From a bacterium (GTDB taxonomy: Bacteria; Verrucomicrobiota; Kiritimatiellia; CAIVKH01), in contig JAUIHQ010000003.1 in the NCBI GenBank assembly GCA_030432155.1, positions 1-50,110 of the forward strand: a stretch of DNA of 50,110 nt. Direction: 5' to 3'. Positions 1 to 9,575 of this stretch are shown piece by piece (within the stretch, counting starts at the first letter, position 1; each line of letters begins with the position of its first letter). A model generated the notes under the pieces. It made no database searches. It was given only the letters and a program-made list of their open reading frames with translations, and was not told the DNA's origin. The position numbers and the translations under genes were made by a program.

Positions 1-1
1 T

Positions 2-1981
2 CTCCCGCCCAACCCTCACCCCGCGATCAACGGACCTGCGACCAACTACCTGGTGCCGACCGACAACCCCTACATCGGCATCACCAACTTCTACGGCCAG
101 CCGGTCGATCCGGCCGAGGTTCGCACCGAGTTTTACGCCACCGGACTTCGCAATCCCTACCGCTTCACCTTCGACCCGGTCAACGGGGAGCTGCTTTGCG
201 CCGATGTCGGCCAGGGTTCCTGGGAAGAGGTGAACCTTATCACCAATGGGGGGAATTACGGCTGGGCGCAGCGGGAAGGGTTTGTCGCCTACAGCGGCGG
301 TACCCAGCCCGCATCCCTTTACACATCCCCCCTCCTCGCCTACCCGCACACCTGGAACACCAGTGTCCCGGCGTCGTTTCGCGGCAATTCCATCACCGGA
401 GGACGGGTCTACTACGGCACCAATATGCCCGCGCTGAACGGCCACTACATCTTTGCCGATTATGTATCCGGCAACATCTGGTCGATGACCCATGACGGGG
501 TTACCAACACGCTGTTCCAGCATTTGTTCAATGAGGGCGGTCCCATCACGTTCGGAGCGGATCCGCGAAACGGAGATATTCTCTTCGGCCGCATCAGCTC
601 CCTGACCGTCCGCCGTATCATCCAGTCGACGGAACCGACCAACGCCCTGCCGCCCACCCTCGCCGACACCGGGGTCTTCCAGGACCTGGAAACCCTCGAA
701 CCGTCGCGCGGGGTCGTCCCTTATGACCTGAACCTCCCCTTCTGGTCGGACAACGCGATCAAATCCCGCTGGTTCAACGCGCCCGGCACCAATCTTCTCA
801 TCACCTTCTCGCCCGATGCGCCCTGGGTCTTCCCCACCGGCATGATCTGGGTGAAGCACTTCGAGCTGGAACTGACCAACGGCGATCCCGCCTCGGCCCG
901 GCGCCTCGAAACCCGATTGCTGGTGAAAAACGGAACCACACCCGGCGGATATGGGGTGACCTACCGCTGGACCGATCCCCCGACCAACGCCGTACTCGTA
1001 CCCGAGGACGGCATGAACGAGGAAATCCTCATCGATGAAAGCGGCATCATCCGCACCCAGGTCTGGCGGTATCCGTCCCGCGGCGAATGCCTGGTCTGCC
1101 ATCAGACCGGCGCCGGATTCGGTCTCGGGTTTAACACGCCCCAGCTCAACCGCCCCTATCCGCACGCCGGCCTGACCACGAACCAGCTCACCGCCCTCGC
1201 CGATGCGGGCTATCTCGACACCCCGGTGGGCGACCCCTCCGCGCTTCGGCGTCTCGCACATGCCACCAACAGCGCCTACAGCCTCGAATATCGTGTCCGC
1301 TCATACCTGCAGGCCAACTGCGCACAATGCCACCGCCCCGGCGGATCCGGCATCGGCGCCATGGATGCCCGGATCTATCCTTCACTGCCCGAGGCCGGCC
1401 TGATCGATGCCGCGGTGAATGACGACTTCGGGAATCCGGCCTACCGGATCATCGTCCGTGGAGCTCCGACCAATTCCATGCTGCTTCACCGGATCAGCTT
1501 CCGCGGACCGGGCCAAATGCCGCCGCTGGCCAGCAACCTGATCGACACCCAGAATGTCGCGCTGGTCACGGCATGGATTCAATCCATTGCCGGCGACCTC
1601 ACGTTTGAAGAGTGGCAGGTGCTTCATTTCGGCAGCAGCGGCCATCCCGATGCGGCGGCCCATGCCGATCCCGATGAAGACGGCAATGACAATTCCACCG
1701 AATACCTGACCGGCACCCAGCCTACCAACAGCATGGACCGGTGGACCTTCGGTATCGGAACCGGGGCCGAGCCTCCGGCCGTCCGGTTTGAGCGAACCGC
1801 GAATACCGGGTTCGAAGTGGAGACGACGGAATCGCTGACCGATCCGCAGTGGCAGCGGGTGGATGATCCGGCCAACGCACCGATATTCAGCGCATCCGAC
1901 GAGATGGTCACCCTTCCGGTCACCGCGGGAACCAACAACGTAGAAGCCGGCCACTACCGGGCCCGGATCTACGACCCCTGA
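2..1981 (+). CDS. PQQ-dependent sugar dehydrogenase (GSDH beta-propeller) fused to a diheme cytochrome c domain and a C-terminal secreted-protein domain; 5'-truncated by window edge
   Basis: Frame is open from position 2. GSDH motifs GLRNPYRFTFD, DVGQGSWEEVN, GGNYGW, SITGG, YIFADY; two heme motifs CLVCH and CAQCH; QMPP; Ca-binding-like DPDEDGNDNSTEYLTGTQP; ends HYRARIYDP. Confidence 0.8.
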   Translation, partial: LPPNPHPAINGPATNYLVPTDNPYIGITNFYGQPVDPAEVRTEFYATGLRNPYRFTFDPVNGELLCADVGQGSWEEVNLITNGGNYGWAQREGFVAYSGGTQPASLYTSPLLAYPHTWNTSVPASFRGNSITGGRVYYGTNMPALNGHYIFADYVSGNIWSMTHDGVTNTLFQHLFNEGGPITFGADPRNGDILFGRISSLTVRRIIQSTEPTNALPPTLADTGVFQDLETLEPSRGVVPYDLNLPFWSDNAIKSRWFNAPGTNLLITFSPDAPWVFPTGMIWVKHFELELTNGDPASARRLETRLLVKNGTTPGGYGVTYRWTDPPTNAVLVPEDGMNEEILIDESGIIRTQVWRYPSRGECLVCHQTGAGFGLGFNTPQLNRPYPHAGLTTNQLTALADAGYLDTPVGDPSALRRLAHATNSAYSLEYRVRSYLQANCAQCHRPGGSGIGAMDARIYPSLPEAGLIDAAVNDDFGNPAYRIIVRGAPTNSMLLHRISFRGPGQMPPLASNLIDTQNVALVTAWIQSIAGDLTFEEWQVLHFGSSGHPDAAAHADPDEDGNDNSTEYLTGTQPTNSMDRWTFGIGTGAEPPAVRFERTANTGFEVETTESLTDPQWQRVDDPANAPIFSASDEMVTLPVTAGTNNVEAGHYRARIYDP

Positions 1982-1985
1982 CGGA

Positions 1986-3212
1986 TCATCCGGCGGAGAG
2001 GATCAGCGGGGGAACCAGCCAACCGCCGGCCAGCCACGCCAGCGCCAGGATGGCGGCCACAAAAAGGAAGCCGACGCCGCTTTCGTCACCATGATCATGG
2101 TGGTGATGCATTTCGTTTCCGCCAAGCCGCGTCCAGAGCAAGAAGCCGGCGGTCACGATCAGAAACAAGGCATTCAACACGAGCGTGAGATCCAGGGCGA
2201 AAAATGTGCGTTCCGTCATGCTGCGAACATGATCCGTATCCGGCAGAAGACCGGCGGCGGCAAATCCGTAATGCATCGCCACCGCGGTCACGACCAGGGA
2301 AACCAGCATCACGGCGAGGATGTAGAGAGCCATTTTCCAGCCGTAGTACGAGGCATGAATTCTCAGCACCGGAAACACCACGAGATCGCTGAAGATGAAG
2401 GCCATCACCCCGGCAAAGCTGACCCCGTTGCCGAACAGCACCGCAGCCAGCGGAATGTTGCCCATGGAACCGATAAACGTGAAGAACGCTGCTACCGGTC
2501 CAACGACGGCCTGAACCACGACATGCCAGAAGGAAAGCGGACCCTCTCCCGAACCGACAAACAGGGCCCTGAAAAACGAGGGGGGAATAAACGTTGCAAT
2601 GATCCCGGCCACCGTAAACCCGACGGTCACGTCCTTCCAGACCATGCCCCATTCCATCCCATAGGTTCGGGCCACCCGCAGCCACCCCGTCCGGCTTCGG
2701 ATCAACGTCCGCCAATCCGGCTCGTCATCATCCCCGTGACCATGCTCCTTTCGACGTGCATGCTCCCTTGCCTTCCTGATCAGGCCTTCCGGCTTTCGAA
2801 GGCGGACGAGGAGCCACATGCAAAGAATGAGGAGCAAGCCCCCCGCATATTCCCCGACGACGAACTGCCAGGAAAGGAAGACCGCGATGACGATACCGAG
2901 CTCAACCACGAGATTGGTTGACGCGAGGAGAAAAGCCAGGGAGGGAATCAGGCCGGCCCCCTTGGTGAACAGCGACCGGGTGGTGGACAGGGCGGCAAAC
3001 GAACAGGAGCTCGAAAGAAATCCGAAAAAGGCAGCCAGCCCCACACTGCCCGCACCCGCCCGGCCCATTGCCTTTTTCATTCGAGAACGGGTCACAAACA
3101 CCTGAATCATGCTGCTGATCAGATATCCGAGGGCAAACGCCCAGAAGGCGGTCCAGAAAAGTCCCACGGATGTTGCCGCAGAAGACTGCCAGCGCTCGAG
3201 GAAGCCATCCAT
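1986..3212 (-). CDS. ArsP_1/DUF318-family permease (putative metal/metalloid transporter)
   Basis: Multiple TM helices, SSSCSFAA and FIGSMGNIP motifs, His-rich loops (EHGHGDDD, HHHHDHGD). Start reassigned to MDGFLERW (ATG 3212); the longer ORF extension is not protein-like. Confidence 0.75.
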   Translation of the reverse strand: MDGFLERWQSSAATSVGLFWTAFWAFALGYLISSMIQVFVTRSRMKKAMGRAGAGSVGLAAFFGFLSSSCSFAALSTTRSLFTKGAGLIPSLAFLLASTNLVVELGIVIAVFLSWQFVVGEYAGGLLLILCMWLLVRLRKPEGLIRKAREHARRKEHGHGDDDEPDWRTLIRSRTGWLRVARTYGMEWGMVWKDVTVGFTVAGIIATFIPPSFFRALFVGSGEGPLSFWHVVVQAVVGPVAAFFTFIGSMGNIPLAAVLFGNGVSFAGVMAFIFSDLVVFPVLRIHASYYGWKMALYILAVMLVSLVVTAVAMHYGFAAAGLLPDTDHVRSMTERTFFALDLTLVLNALFLIVTAGFLLWTRLGGNEMHHHHDHGDESGVGFLFVAAILALAWLAGGWLVPPLILSAG

Positions 3213-3356
3213 CACACAGGCAAGACTACCAAAAGACGGCAAGCAATCAACCGGCGATCCAACCGGGCTCAATTGGATTGTCACTCCGGCCGGAATGATG
3301 AATAGTCCATATCCATACACCGGCAGACGCCGCATACAGACACAAGCAACAAGTGA

Positions 3357-3806
3357 ATGAGGAACGCACGTATGGCATCGAAGCAACACCGTTGGACCGT
3401 TATTCTTTTCCTGATCATCTCGTCATCATCGGCGTGGGCGACTGATTTCTTTGCCGGCATGCGGGTGTCTTCGCCCCTGGTCCTGAGCGGATCCGTGGGG
3501 ATCCGGGGCGGCTCGTACGGGGACGGGCTTTACCAGCCATCGGTGGAACTGGAGGCGGGCATCGGCGGCGGCCGGATCCTGGCCGGGCTCGACAATCTGG
3601 GCGACGGTTTCGGCGCGGGCGTCAAGGCGGTCTACATGCGCACATGGGGGGAGCCCATCGACGTCGATGAAGACCAGCAATATATCGGGGCGCTTCTGCT
3701 GCTGGGCTACGACCGCTTCACCGCGGAGCTGGGGGGATACCGGCTGGTGGAGGGCGATGAAGACGACGAATGGCTGAGCACCTTCGGCATCGGGTTCCGG
3801 CTGTAA
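3357..3806 (+). CDS. Secreted hypothetical protein, possible small outer-membrane beta-barrel
   Basis: Signal peptide ending SSAWA, Gly-rich amphipathic strands, C-terminal FGIGFRL. Start may be 3372. Confidence 0.55.
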   Translation: MRNARMASKQHRWTVILFLIISSSSAWATDFFAGMRVSSPLVLSGSVGIRGGSYGDGLYQPSVELEAGIGGGRILAGLDNLGDGFGAGVKAVYMRTWGEPIDVDEDQQYIGALLLLGYDRFTAELGGYRLVEGDEDDEWLSTFGIGFRL

Positions 3807-3808
3807 CC

Positions 3809-4234
3809 TTACTTCTTGGATTTCCCGGCGCTCTTGCCCGCGGCTTTTTTCGCGGGCAGCTTGCCGGAGGGTTTGGCCGGCGCTTTTTTCGCCGCTGATT
3901 TCTTGCGGGGTTTGGGGGCCGGCTCCGGTTCCTCTCCCTCCTCATCAGGGGCACGATACTCTTCCTCGCGCTCTTCAGGGGGAAGGTCGTCGGGATTTTC
4001 GGGGTCGTATTCTCCGAGCTCTTCTTCCTCGGGTTCTTCGTCGTCGTCAACCAGGTCCTCGGGGGGAATTTCCCCGTCTTCCTCGATCAATCGTTCGACT
4101 TCCTCGTCGTCCTCAAGAAGCTCGTCGAGATTCTCCACATCCTCAAAGTCGGGACAGACTTCGCACTCTTCGTATTCTTCGTCCCCGTAATAGCCGGTAT
4201 CTTCATCCGGGTCGTAACTTGGATTCCGCACCAT
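3809..4234 (-). CDS. Hypothetical bipolar protein: very acidic N-terminus, Lys/Ala-rich histone-H1-like C-terminal tail
   Basis: GGAGG RBS upstream of the ATG; roughly half of the first ~105 aa are D/E, with a CEVC motif; tail KPRKKSAAKKAPAKPSGKLPAKKAAGKSAGKSKK. Confidence 0.7.
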   Translation of the reverse strand: MVRNPSYDPDEDTGYYGDEEYEECEVCPDFEDVENLDELLEDDEEVERLIEEDGEIPPEDLVDDDEEPEEEELGEYDPENPDDLPPEEREEEYRAPDEEGEEPEPAPKPRKKSAAKKAPAKPSGKLPAKKAAGKSAGKSKK

Positions 4235-4473
4235 CTCGATGCCTCCGTCTCCGTTGCGGGTTGCACTCCAGCCCGTTCATCGGCGCTTCCCATCCGCACC
4301 AGCAGGCTGTTGTCATGTTCTAGTGAAGCTGTTGCTCACCGCAATAAAAAATCACACCGTGCAGACGTTTTTTTCAAGGCCTTTCTCCGGGGCCTCGACC
4401 CGGAGATATCGCGGGGAGCTTGACCGGAAAAGGGGCGGGCTCGGAAAGGCACGTCTTCCGAGTATGTCCCGTC

Positions 4474-5085
4474 CTACGTATCCTCGCCCAGCTCGACGTT
4501 CCAGTATGCGAAGTCGAGGAAGTGGCTCCAGGTGTGATGGGGCTTCTTGGTGAACTGAATCTCCATGAACGGGCGCCATCGCGGCTTCTTGGGCTTCCGC
4601 ACAAGATGCATGTTCGCCTCTTCGGGCGTGCGGTTGGCTTTCCGGGCATTGCAGGGGATGCAGGAGCAGACCACATTCGTCCACGTGGTCAGGCCCCCGC
4701 GCTGGCGGGGGACGACGTGATCGATGTTGAGGTCGCTGCGGTCGAATTTGCGGTTGCAGTACTGGCAGGTGTTCTTGTCGCGTGCGAACACGTTCTGCCG
4801 GGTGAACTTCACATCCTTGTTCGGCATCCGGTCGAAGAACATCAACAGGATGATACGGGGAACCCGGATCCGGATGGAAACGGTATGGACAACATCCTCC
4901 GGATCGATCCGGTCCTGGGGCACGTCGCACCACTCGGCGAAGGAATAGGTATTGAACCCGGTATCCTCGTGACACACGACCTGGGCATGCCCGGTATAGA
5001 GAAGGGCAAAGGCCCGGTCGACCGTGCAGACGTTCACCGCCTGCCAGAGCCGGTTCAGCACAAGAACATGTTGGTCCAGCGACAT
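4474..5085 (-). CDS. HNH endonuclease (McrA-like)
   Basis: VLVLN N-terminus, RDKNTCQYC, IDHVVPRQRGG, WTNVVCSCIPCNARK. Confidence 0.9.
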   Translation of the reverse strand: MSLDQHVLVLNRLWQAVNVCTVDRAFALLYTGHAQVVCHEDTGFNTYSFAEWCDVPQDRIDPEDVVHTVSIRIRVPRIILLMFFDRMPNKDVKFTRQNVFARDKNTCQYCNRKFDRSDLNIDHVVPRQRGGLTTWTNVVCSCIPCNARKANRTPEEANMHLVRKPKKPRWRPFMEIQFTKKPHHTWSHFLDFAYWNVELGEDT

Positions 5086-5217
5086 TGCAGTCTCTCCCCG
5101 CCGCCCGCTCCGCCGGACAGCGGCATCGTCAAAAGGTATCGGAAGCTATCCGATCCGTGAATACGTTGTCAACGTTGTGCGCGTTTGGTTTATGTAAGAT
5201 GACCGCGATCCGGCCGC

Positions 5218-5246
5218 GTGACATTCTGTCCCACATCGGGTACAGT
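5218..5246 (+). promoter_or_regulatory. Putative sigma70 promoter for the two-component operon
   Basis: GTGACA (5218-5223), 17 bp spacer, TACAGT (5241-5246), 8 nt before ATG 5255. Confidence 0.4.
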
Positions 5247-5254
5247 GGAGCGAG

Positions 5255-6451
5255 ATGAAGTCCGCCTTTCTGGAAAAACTGATCGAACGCCTGGACAAGC
5301 TCGATGCCGGCAGCCTGCAGTCTCACTTCCTTCATCTCGCAGCGGAGAAGGGGCTGCTGGAGACGATCTTTCATGCCATCCAGGAGGGCATCATCGTCCT
5401 CGATGAGCACGGCCGCATTTCCTTCGCCAACCGCGCGGCGGAGAAGCTTCTCGGGTTCGAGGCGGAGAAGGTCGAAGGCCAGTCGATCAGCCGGTACCTG
5501 CGGGAGGTGGACTGGGACCTGATCATGGACCTCGACGAGGGCGAGTGGTCACGGCTGGTCAGCCGTGAAATCGAAATCACCTACCCGATCCACCGGTACC
5601 TTGATTTTTACATCGTGCCGATCGCCCCGGAAACAGAAGCGGAAAGGGGGGCGGTGGTGATCCTTCGCGATGTGACCCGTGAACGGCTGAACGAAAGCCG
5701 CACCATCGAATCGGAACGGCTCAACGCCATCACCCTGCTGGCCGCCGGGGTCGCGCACGAGATCGGGAATCCCCTCAACTCCCTGACCATTCATCTTCAG
5801 CTTCTCGAACGCGAAATCCGCGATCCGTCGCCGGACCCGGAGGAGTCGCTGTCCGAGCTGCTCGGCGTGGCCCAGCGGGAGGTGGAGCGGCTCGACCGGA
5901 TCATCACCCAGTTTCTCAAGGCGCTCCGCCCCACCCAGCCCGGCTTCGAAAAGGCCGCCGTTCCGGAGATTGTCGAGGACACCCTCCAGTTTCTCCGTCA
6001 CGAGCTCGAAGACCGGGATATTATCGTCGAGACCGATGTGGAAGACGACCTGCCCCTCGCGCTGGTGGATCGGAACCAGATCAAGCAGGCCTGTTTCAAC
6101 ATCATTCGCAACGCGATGCAGGTCATGACCCACGGCGGGCTGCTGAAGATCATGATCGGACGAAACGACCGGTTTGTCTTCCTTTCGTTCAAGGACTCCG
6201 GACCCGGCATCCCGCCCGACGACCTCGGAAGTATTTTCGAACCGTACTACACGACCAAGTCCGAGGGCTCGGGACTGGGGCTGATGATTGTCCAACGGAT
6301 CATCCGCGATCACGGCGGCGAAATCGAAGTGCATAGCGAGCCGGGCCACGGCACGACCTTCACGCTCTTCCTGCCGAGGGATCAGCGTCGCATCCGCATG
6401 CTCGCCGAAGGCGGCGGCGGTTCCGTCGCGAACGGAAAGGCGGAAGCATGA
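5255..6451 (+). CDS. Soluble PAS-domain sensor histidine kinase (AtoS/NtrB-like)
   Basis: PAS region; H-box AHEIGNPL; N-box NIIRNA; DSGPGI; GSGLGL; no TM segment. Confidence 0.92.
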   Translation: MKSAFLEKLIERLDKLDAGSLQSHFLHLAAEKGLLETIFHAIQEGIIVLDEHGRISFANRAAEKLLGFEAEKVEGQSISRYLREVDWDLIMDLDEGEWSRLVSREIEITYPIHRYLDFYIVPIAPETEAERGAVVILRDVTRERLNESRTIESERLNAITLLAAGVAHEIGNPLNSLTIHLQLLEREIRDPSPDPEESLSELLGVAQREVERLDRIITQFLKALRPTQPGFEKAAVPEIVEDTLQFLRHELEDRDIIVETDVEDDLPLALVDRNQIKQACFNIIRNAMQVMTHGGLLKIMIGRNDRFVFLSFKDSGPGIPPDDLGSIFEPYYTTKSEGSGLGLMIVQRIIRDHGGEIEVHSEPGHGTTFTLFLPRDQRRIRMLAEGGGGSVANGKAEA

Positions 6452-7851
6452 AACACAAGCCCCGCATCCTGATTGTCGACGACGAAAAAAATGCGCGGGA
6501 GGGACTCGCCCGGGCGCTCAAGCGCCACTACGACGTGTCCCTCGCCGACAGCGGCAAAGCGGCGCTGGACCTGCTGGCCGAGTCGCCATTCGACCTCATG
6601 CTCAGCGATGTACGGATGCCCGGCATCGACGGCCTGACCCTTCTGCAGCGGGTTTTGGCCATTCCCCGGCACCCGGTCTGCATCATGCTCACCGCCTACG
6701 GGTCCATCGAGATGGCGGTCGAGGCGATGAAACGCGGGGCGTACGATTTCCTGACCAAGCCGATCAACCTGGACCGCCTGGACATCCTCGTCAAGCGGGC
6801 CCTCGAATCACGCACCATGGAGCAGGAAAATCGGCGCCTGCACGAGCAACTCGACGCCCGGTACGGCCTTGAGAATATCATCGGCCAGTCGGCGGGCATG
6901 CAGGAGGTGTTCGACACCATCCGCCAGGTCGCGGATTCGCGGGCCACCGTCCTCGTGCAGGGCGAAAGCGGAACCGGCAAGGAGCTGGTGGCGCACGCCA
7001 TTCACCGCCTCAGCTCCCGCTCGCGCGGTCCGTTCATCCCCGTCCACTGCGCAGCCCTCACCTCGACCCTCCTTGAAAGTGAACTGTTCGGCCATGAGCG
7101 GGGGGCGTTCACCGGGGCCTCGGAACAGCGGCAGGGCCGGTTCGAGCTGGCCGACGGGGGTACCTTGTTCCTCGATGAAATCGGAGAAATCGACGCCAAC
7201 ACCCAGGTCAAGATTCTGCGGGTGCTGGAAGAACGCCGCTTCGAGCGGGTCGGCGGCCGGGCCACCATCGATGTCGATACCCGGCTGATCGCGGCGACCA
7301 ACCGCGACCTCCGGGCCATGGTGGACGAGGGCGAATTCCGGGAAGACCTGTTCTACCGGTTGTATGTGGTGGTCATCACCATCCCGCCGCTGCGGGACCG
7401 GCGGGAGGATATCCCCCTGCTGGCCCATCACTTCATCCGTCAGTATGCCGAGGACAACCGGCGCGAAATCGAGGACATCACCCCCGACGCGATGGCCGCA
7501 CTGACCGAATACGACTGGCCCGGGAACGTCCGGGAACTGCGAAACGCCATGGAGCGCATGGTGGTGCTGGCCCGAGGCGGCAAACTGACCCTTCGCGATA
7601 TCCCGCCGGACATCCGGGGCGAGTCCGGCCGGCGCCCGACCGGCCATGGACAAGAGGACATTTCCAAGGCACACTCCATGGAGGACGCCGAACGCAGCAT
7701 GATCATCCGCGCCCTTCGGGAGAACAACAACAACCGGACCAAGGCGGCGAAACAGCTCGGCATCAGTCGCCGGACCCTGCACCGGAAACTGAACGAATAC
7801 GGCTTGCGGGCGGACGAACAGACAGGAAACGGCAACGAGAGGAGAACCTAA
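6448..7851 (+). CDS. Sigma54-dependent response regulator (AtoC/NtrC family)
   Basis: Receiver domain (VDDE, DVRMP), Walker A GESGTGKE, GAFTGA loop, WPGNVREL, Fis-type HTH; ATGA overlap with the kinase. Confidence 0.95.
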   Translation: MKHKPRILIVDDEKNAREGLARALKRHYDVSLADSGKAALDLLAESPFDLMLSDVRMPGIDGLTLLQRVLAIPRHPVCIMLTAYGSIEMAVEAMKRGAYDFLTKPINLDRLDILVKRALESRTMEQENRRLHEQLDARYGLENIIGQSAGMQEVFDTIRQVADSRATVLVQGESGTGKELVAHAIHRLSSRSRGPFIPVHCAALTSTLLESELFGHERGAFTGASEQRQGRFELADGGTLFLDEIGEIDANTQVKILRVLEERRFERVGGRATIDVDTRLIAATNRDLRAMVDEGEFREDLFYRLYVVVITIPPLRDRREDIPLLAHHFIRQYAEDNRREIEDITPDAMAALTEYDWPGNVRELRNAMERMVVLARGGKLTLRDIPPDIRGESGRRPTGHGQEDISKAHSMEDAERSMIIRALRENNNNRTKAAKQLGISRRTLHRKLNEYGLRADEQTGNGNERRT

Positions 7852-7853
7852 TC

Positions 7854-9575
7854 ATGCAACCACGCTCCATCGAATCGCGTATTCAGGATCTCGTCTACAA
7901 CGTCGATGTCGGCATCGGTCTCAAGCTGACCAAGGCGGGGATGTTCCTCCTGTTCATCTTTTTCATCATGACGATTTATACCGCCACCCAGTTCTTCGGC
8001 CTGAGGGACGCGGAGGCCATGGACTATGCGCAACTGGGCCGCAACATTGCCCAGACCGGCTCGTTCGAGACCAAGGTCATCCGTCCCGCAGCCATCTGGT
8101 TCCTCAGCGAAAAGCGCGGTGAAGAAGCCGTCAACCTGCTTCAGCACCCCGACCTCTTTCACCCGCCCCTGTATCCGCTGCTCCTTGCCGGGGGGTTCAA
8201 GGTTTTCGGATCGTCGTTTCCATCCGATGAAATCTTCAAGGCCATCCCTCCGGAGCAGTGGGTCATCACCCCGCTGAATCATACCTGTACGCTGGTCACC
8301 GCGTTTCTTCTGTTCCTGGCCGCCCGGCGTTTCTTTGATCCGCGAATCGCCATTTTCGCGGTGTCGGTGTTTGCGCTGAGCGACATCGTCTGGAACACCA
8401 GCATTTCCGGACTCAACCTGTCGCTGCTGATGATGCTGGCCACGTTCGCGTTCTATTTTCTCCTGTCCGCCCATGAACGGCTGCAGGAAGACATGCCGCT
8501 CAAGACATGGCTGATCCCGGTGGCCCTGTCCGGCCTGTTTTGCGGACTGGCCGTCCTTACCCGTTACGCCGGCGTCGTGGTGTTCCTGGCCGGGCTCATC
8601 TATCTTCTGAGCGCTGTCCGCACCCGGCCCGCGCTGGCCGCCGGGGTGTTCGGGGGTGTGTTTCTTCTCGTCATCAGTCCATGGCTGGTGAGGAACATGA
8701 TTGTCGCCGGCAATCCCTTTGCCATGGCGCTGTATGCCGCGTTCAATCCCGCCTCATCCGACATGCCATTTGCCTACGAGCAGATGTTGCATCCGGACGC
8801 AATCACCTCCCCGATGCGGGATCTCCAGATCAAGTTTCTCGTGAACCTGAAGTCGATTTTCGAACAGGACCTGTTCCTGGCGGGCGGCGGGCTGTTGACG
8901 TCCCTGTTTCTCGTGACCTATTTCTTCTCCTTTGTGCGCGACCATATCCGCCAGTTCCGGTGGGCGCTGCTGGCGGGGATCGGCGCACTGGTACTGCTCG
9001 CATCGGCATTCGGGGCCACCACGTCCCGGGCCCTGATGATCTTCATGCCCTTTATCATCCTCTACGGCCTGACGTTTTATTTCATCCTGCTCGACCGGTT
9101 GCAGATCACGATCCCCCTGGTGCGGGCCGGTATTCACGCCGCGGTGATCGCGGCCTGCGCCCTTCCGCTGGTTATGACCATCCTTCCCCCCCGGGCCGCC
9201 CTGCCCTATCCGCCGTACAACCCGGCGATGATTTCCCATGTGACGAGGATGCTGGAGCAGGACGAATTGATCTGTTCGGATATTCCGTGGGCCACGGCCT
9301 GGTATGGCGATCAACCCTCGCTGCTGTTGCCGAACCAGATCGACGACTTTTATTCCATCAACGATTTGAGGAAACGGATCAGCGGCCTGTATTTCACGAC
9401 CGTGACCCGGGATCTGCCGTTTGTGCGGTCGTTGATGACAGGCCCCTACAGCTCGTGGTACCCGATCTTCCGGGAACGGATCCCCGCGGATTTTCCGCTG
9501 AAGGAAGCGTTCTTCCTCCATCAGAAGGATCAGTTGTTCCTTACGGACCGTCCGAGATGGCTGGAGCAGCGTTGA
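7854..9575 (+). CDS. GT-C fold membrane glycosyltransferase (ArnT/PMT_2, GT39/GT83-like)
   Basis: DAEAMDYAQLGRN, HPPLYPLLLA, GLAVLTRY, SPWLVRN..GNP; many TM helices; starts 2 bp after the regulator. Confidence 0.75.
   Translation: MQPRSIESRIQDLVYNVDVGIGLKLTKAGMFLLFIFFIMTIYTATQFFGLRDAEAMDYAQLGRNIAQTGSFETKVIRPAAIWFLSEKRGEEAVNLLQHPDLFHPPLYPLLLAGGFKVFGSSFPSDEIFKAIPPEQWVITPLNHTCTLVTAFLLFLAARRFFDPRIAIFAVSVFALSDIVWNTSISGLNLSLLMMLATFAFYFLLSAHERLQEDMPLKTWLIPVALSGLFCGLAVLTRYAGVVVFLAGLIYLLSAVRTRPALAAGVFGGVFLLVISPWLVRNMIVAGNPFAMALYAAFNPASSDMPFAYEQMLHPDAITSPMRDLQIKFLVNLKSIFEQDLFLAGGGLLTSLFLVTYFFSFVRDHIRQFRWALLAGIGALVLLASAFGATTSRALMIFMPFIILYGLTFYFILLDRLQITIPLVRAGIHAAVIAACALPLVMTILPPRAALPYPPYNPAMISHVTRMLEQDELICSDIPWATAWYGDQPSLLLPNQIDDFYSINDLRKRISGLYFTTVTRDLPFVRSLMTGPYSSWYPIFRERIPADFPLKEAFFLHQKDQLFLTDRPRWLEQR

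Noticed and set aside
4474-5085. HNH as part of a restriction/defence island or mobile intron
   Set aside because: No methyltransferase, ATPase, RT or intron context; it resembles the widespread stand-alone chromosomal HNH family.
5163-5175. Palindrome ACGTTG-T-CAACGT in the divergent HNH/kinase promoter region
   Set aside because: Single short palindrome with no second copy or recognisable consensus; not enough support to call an operator.
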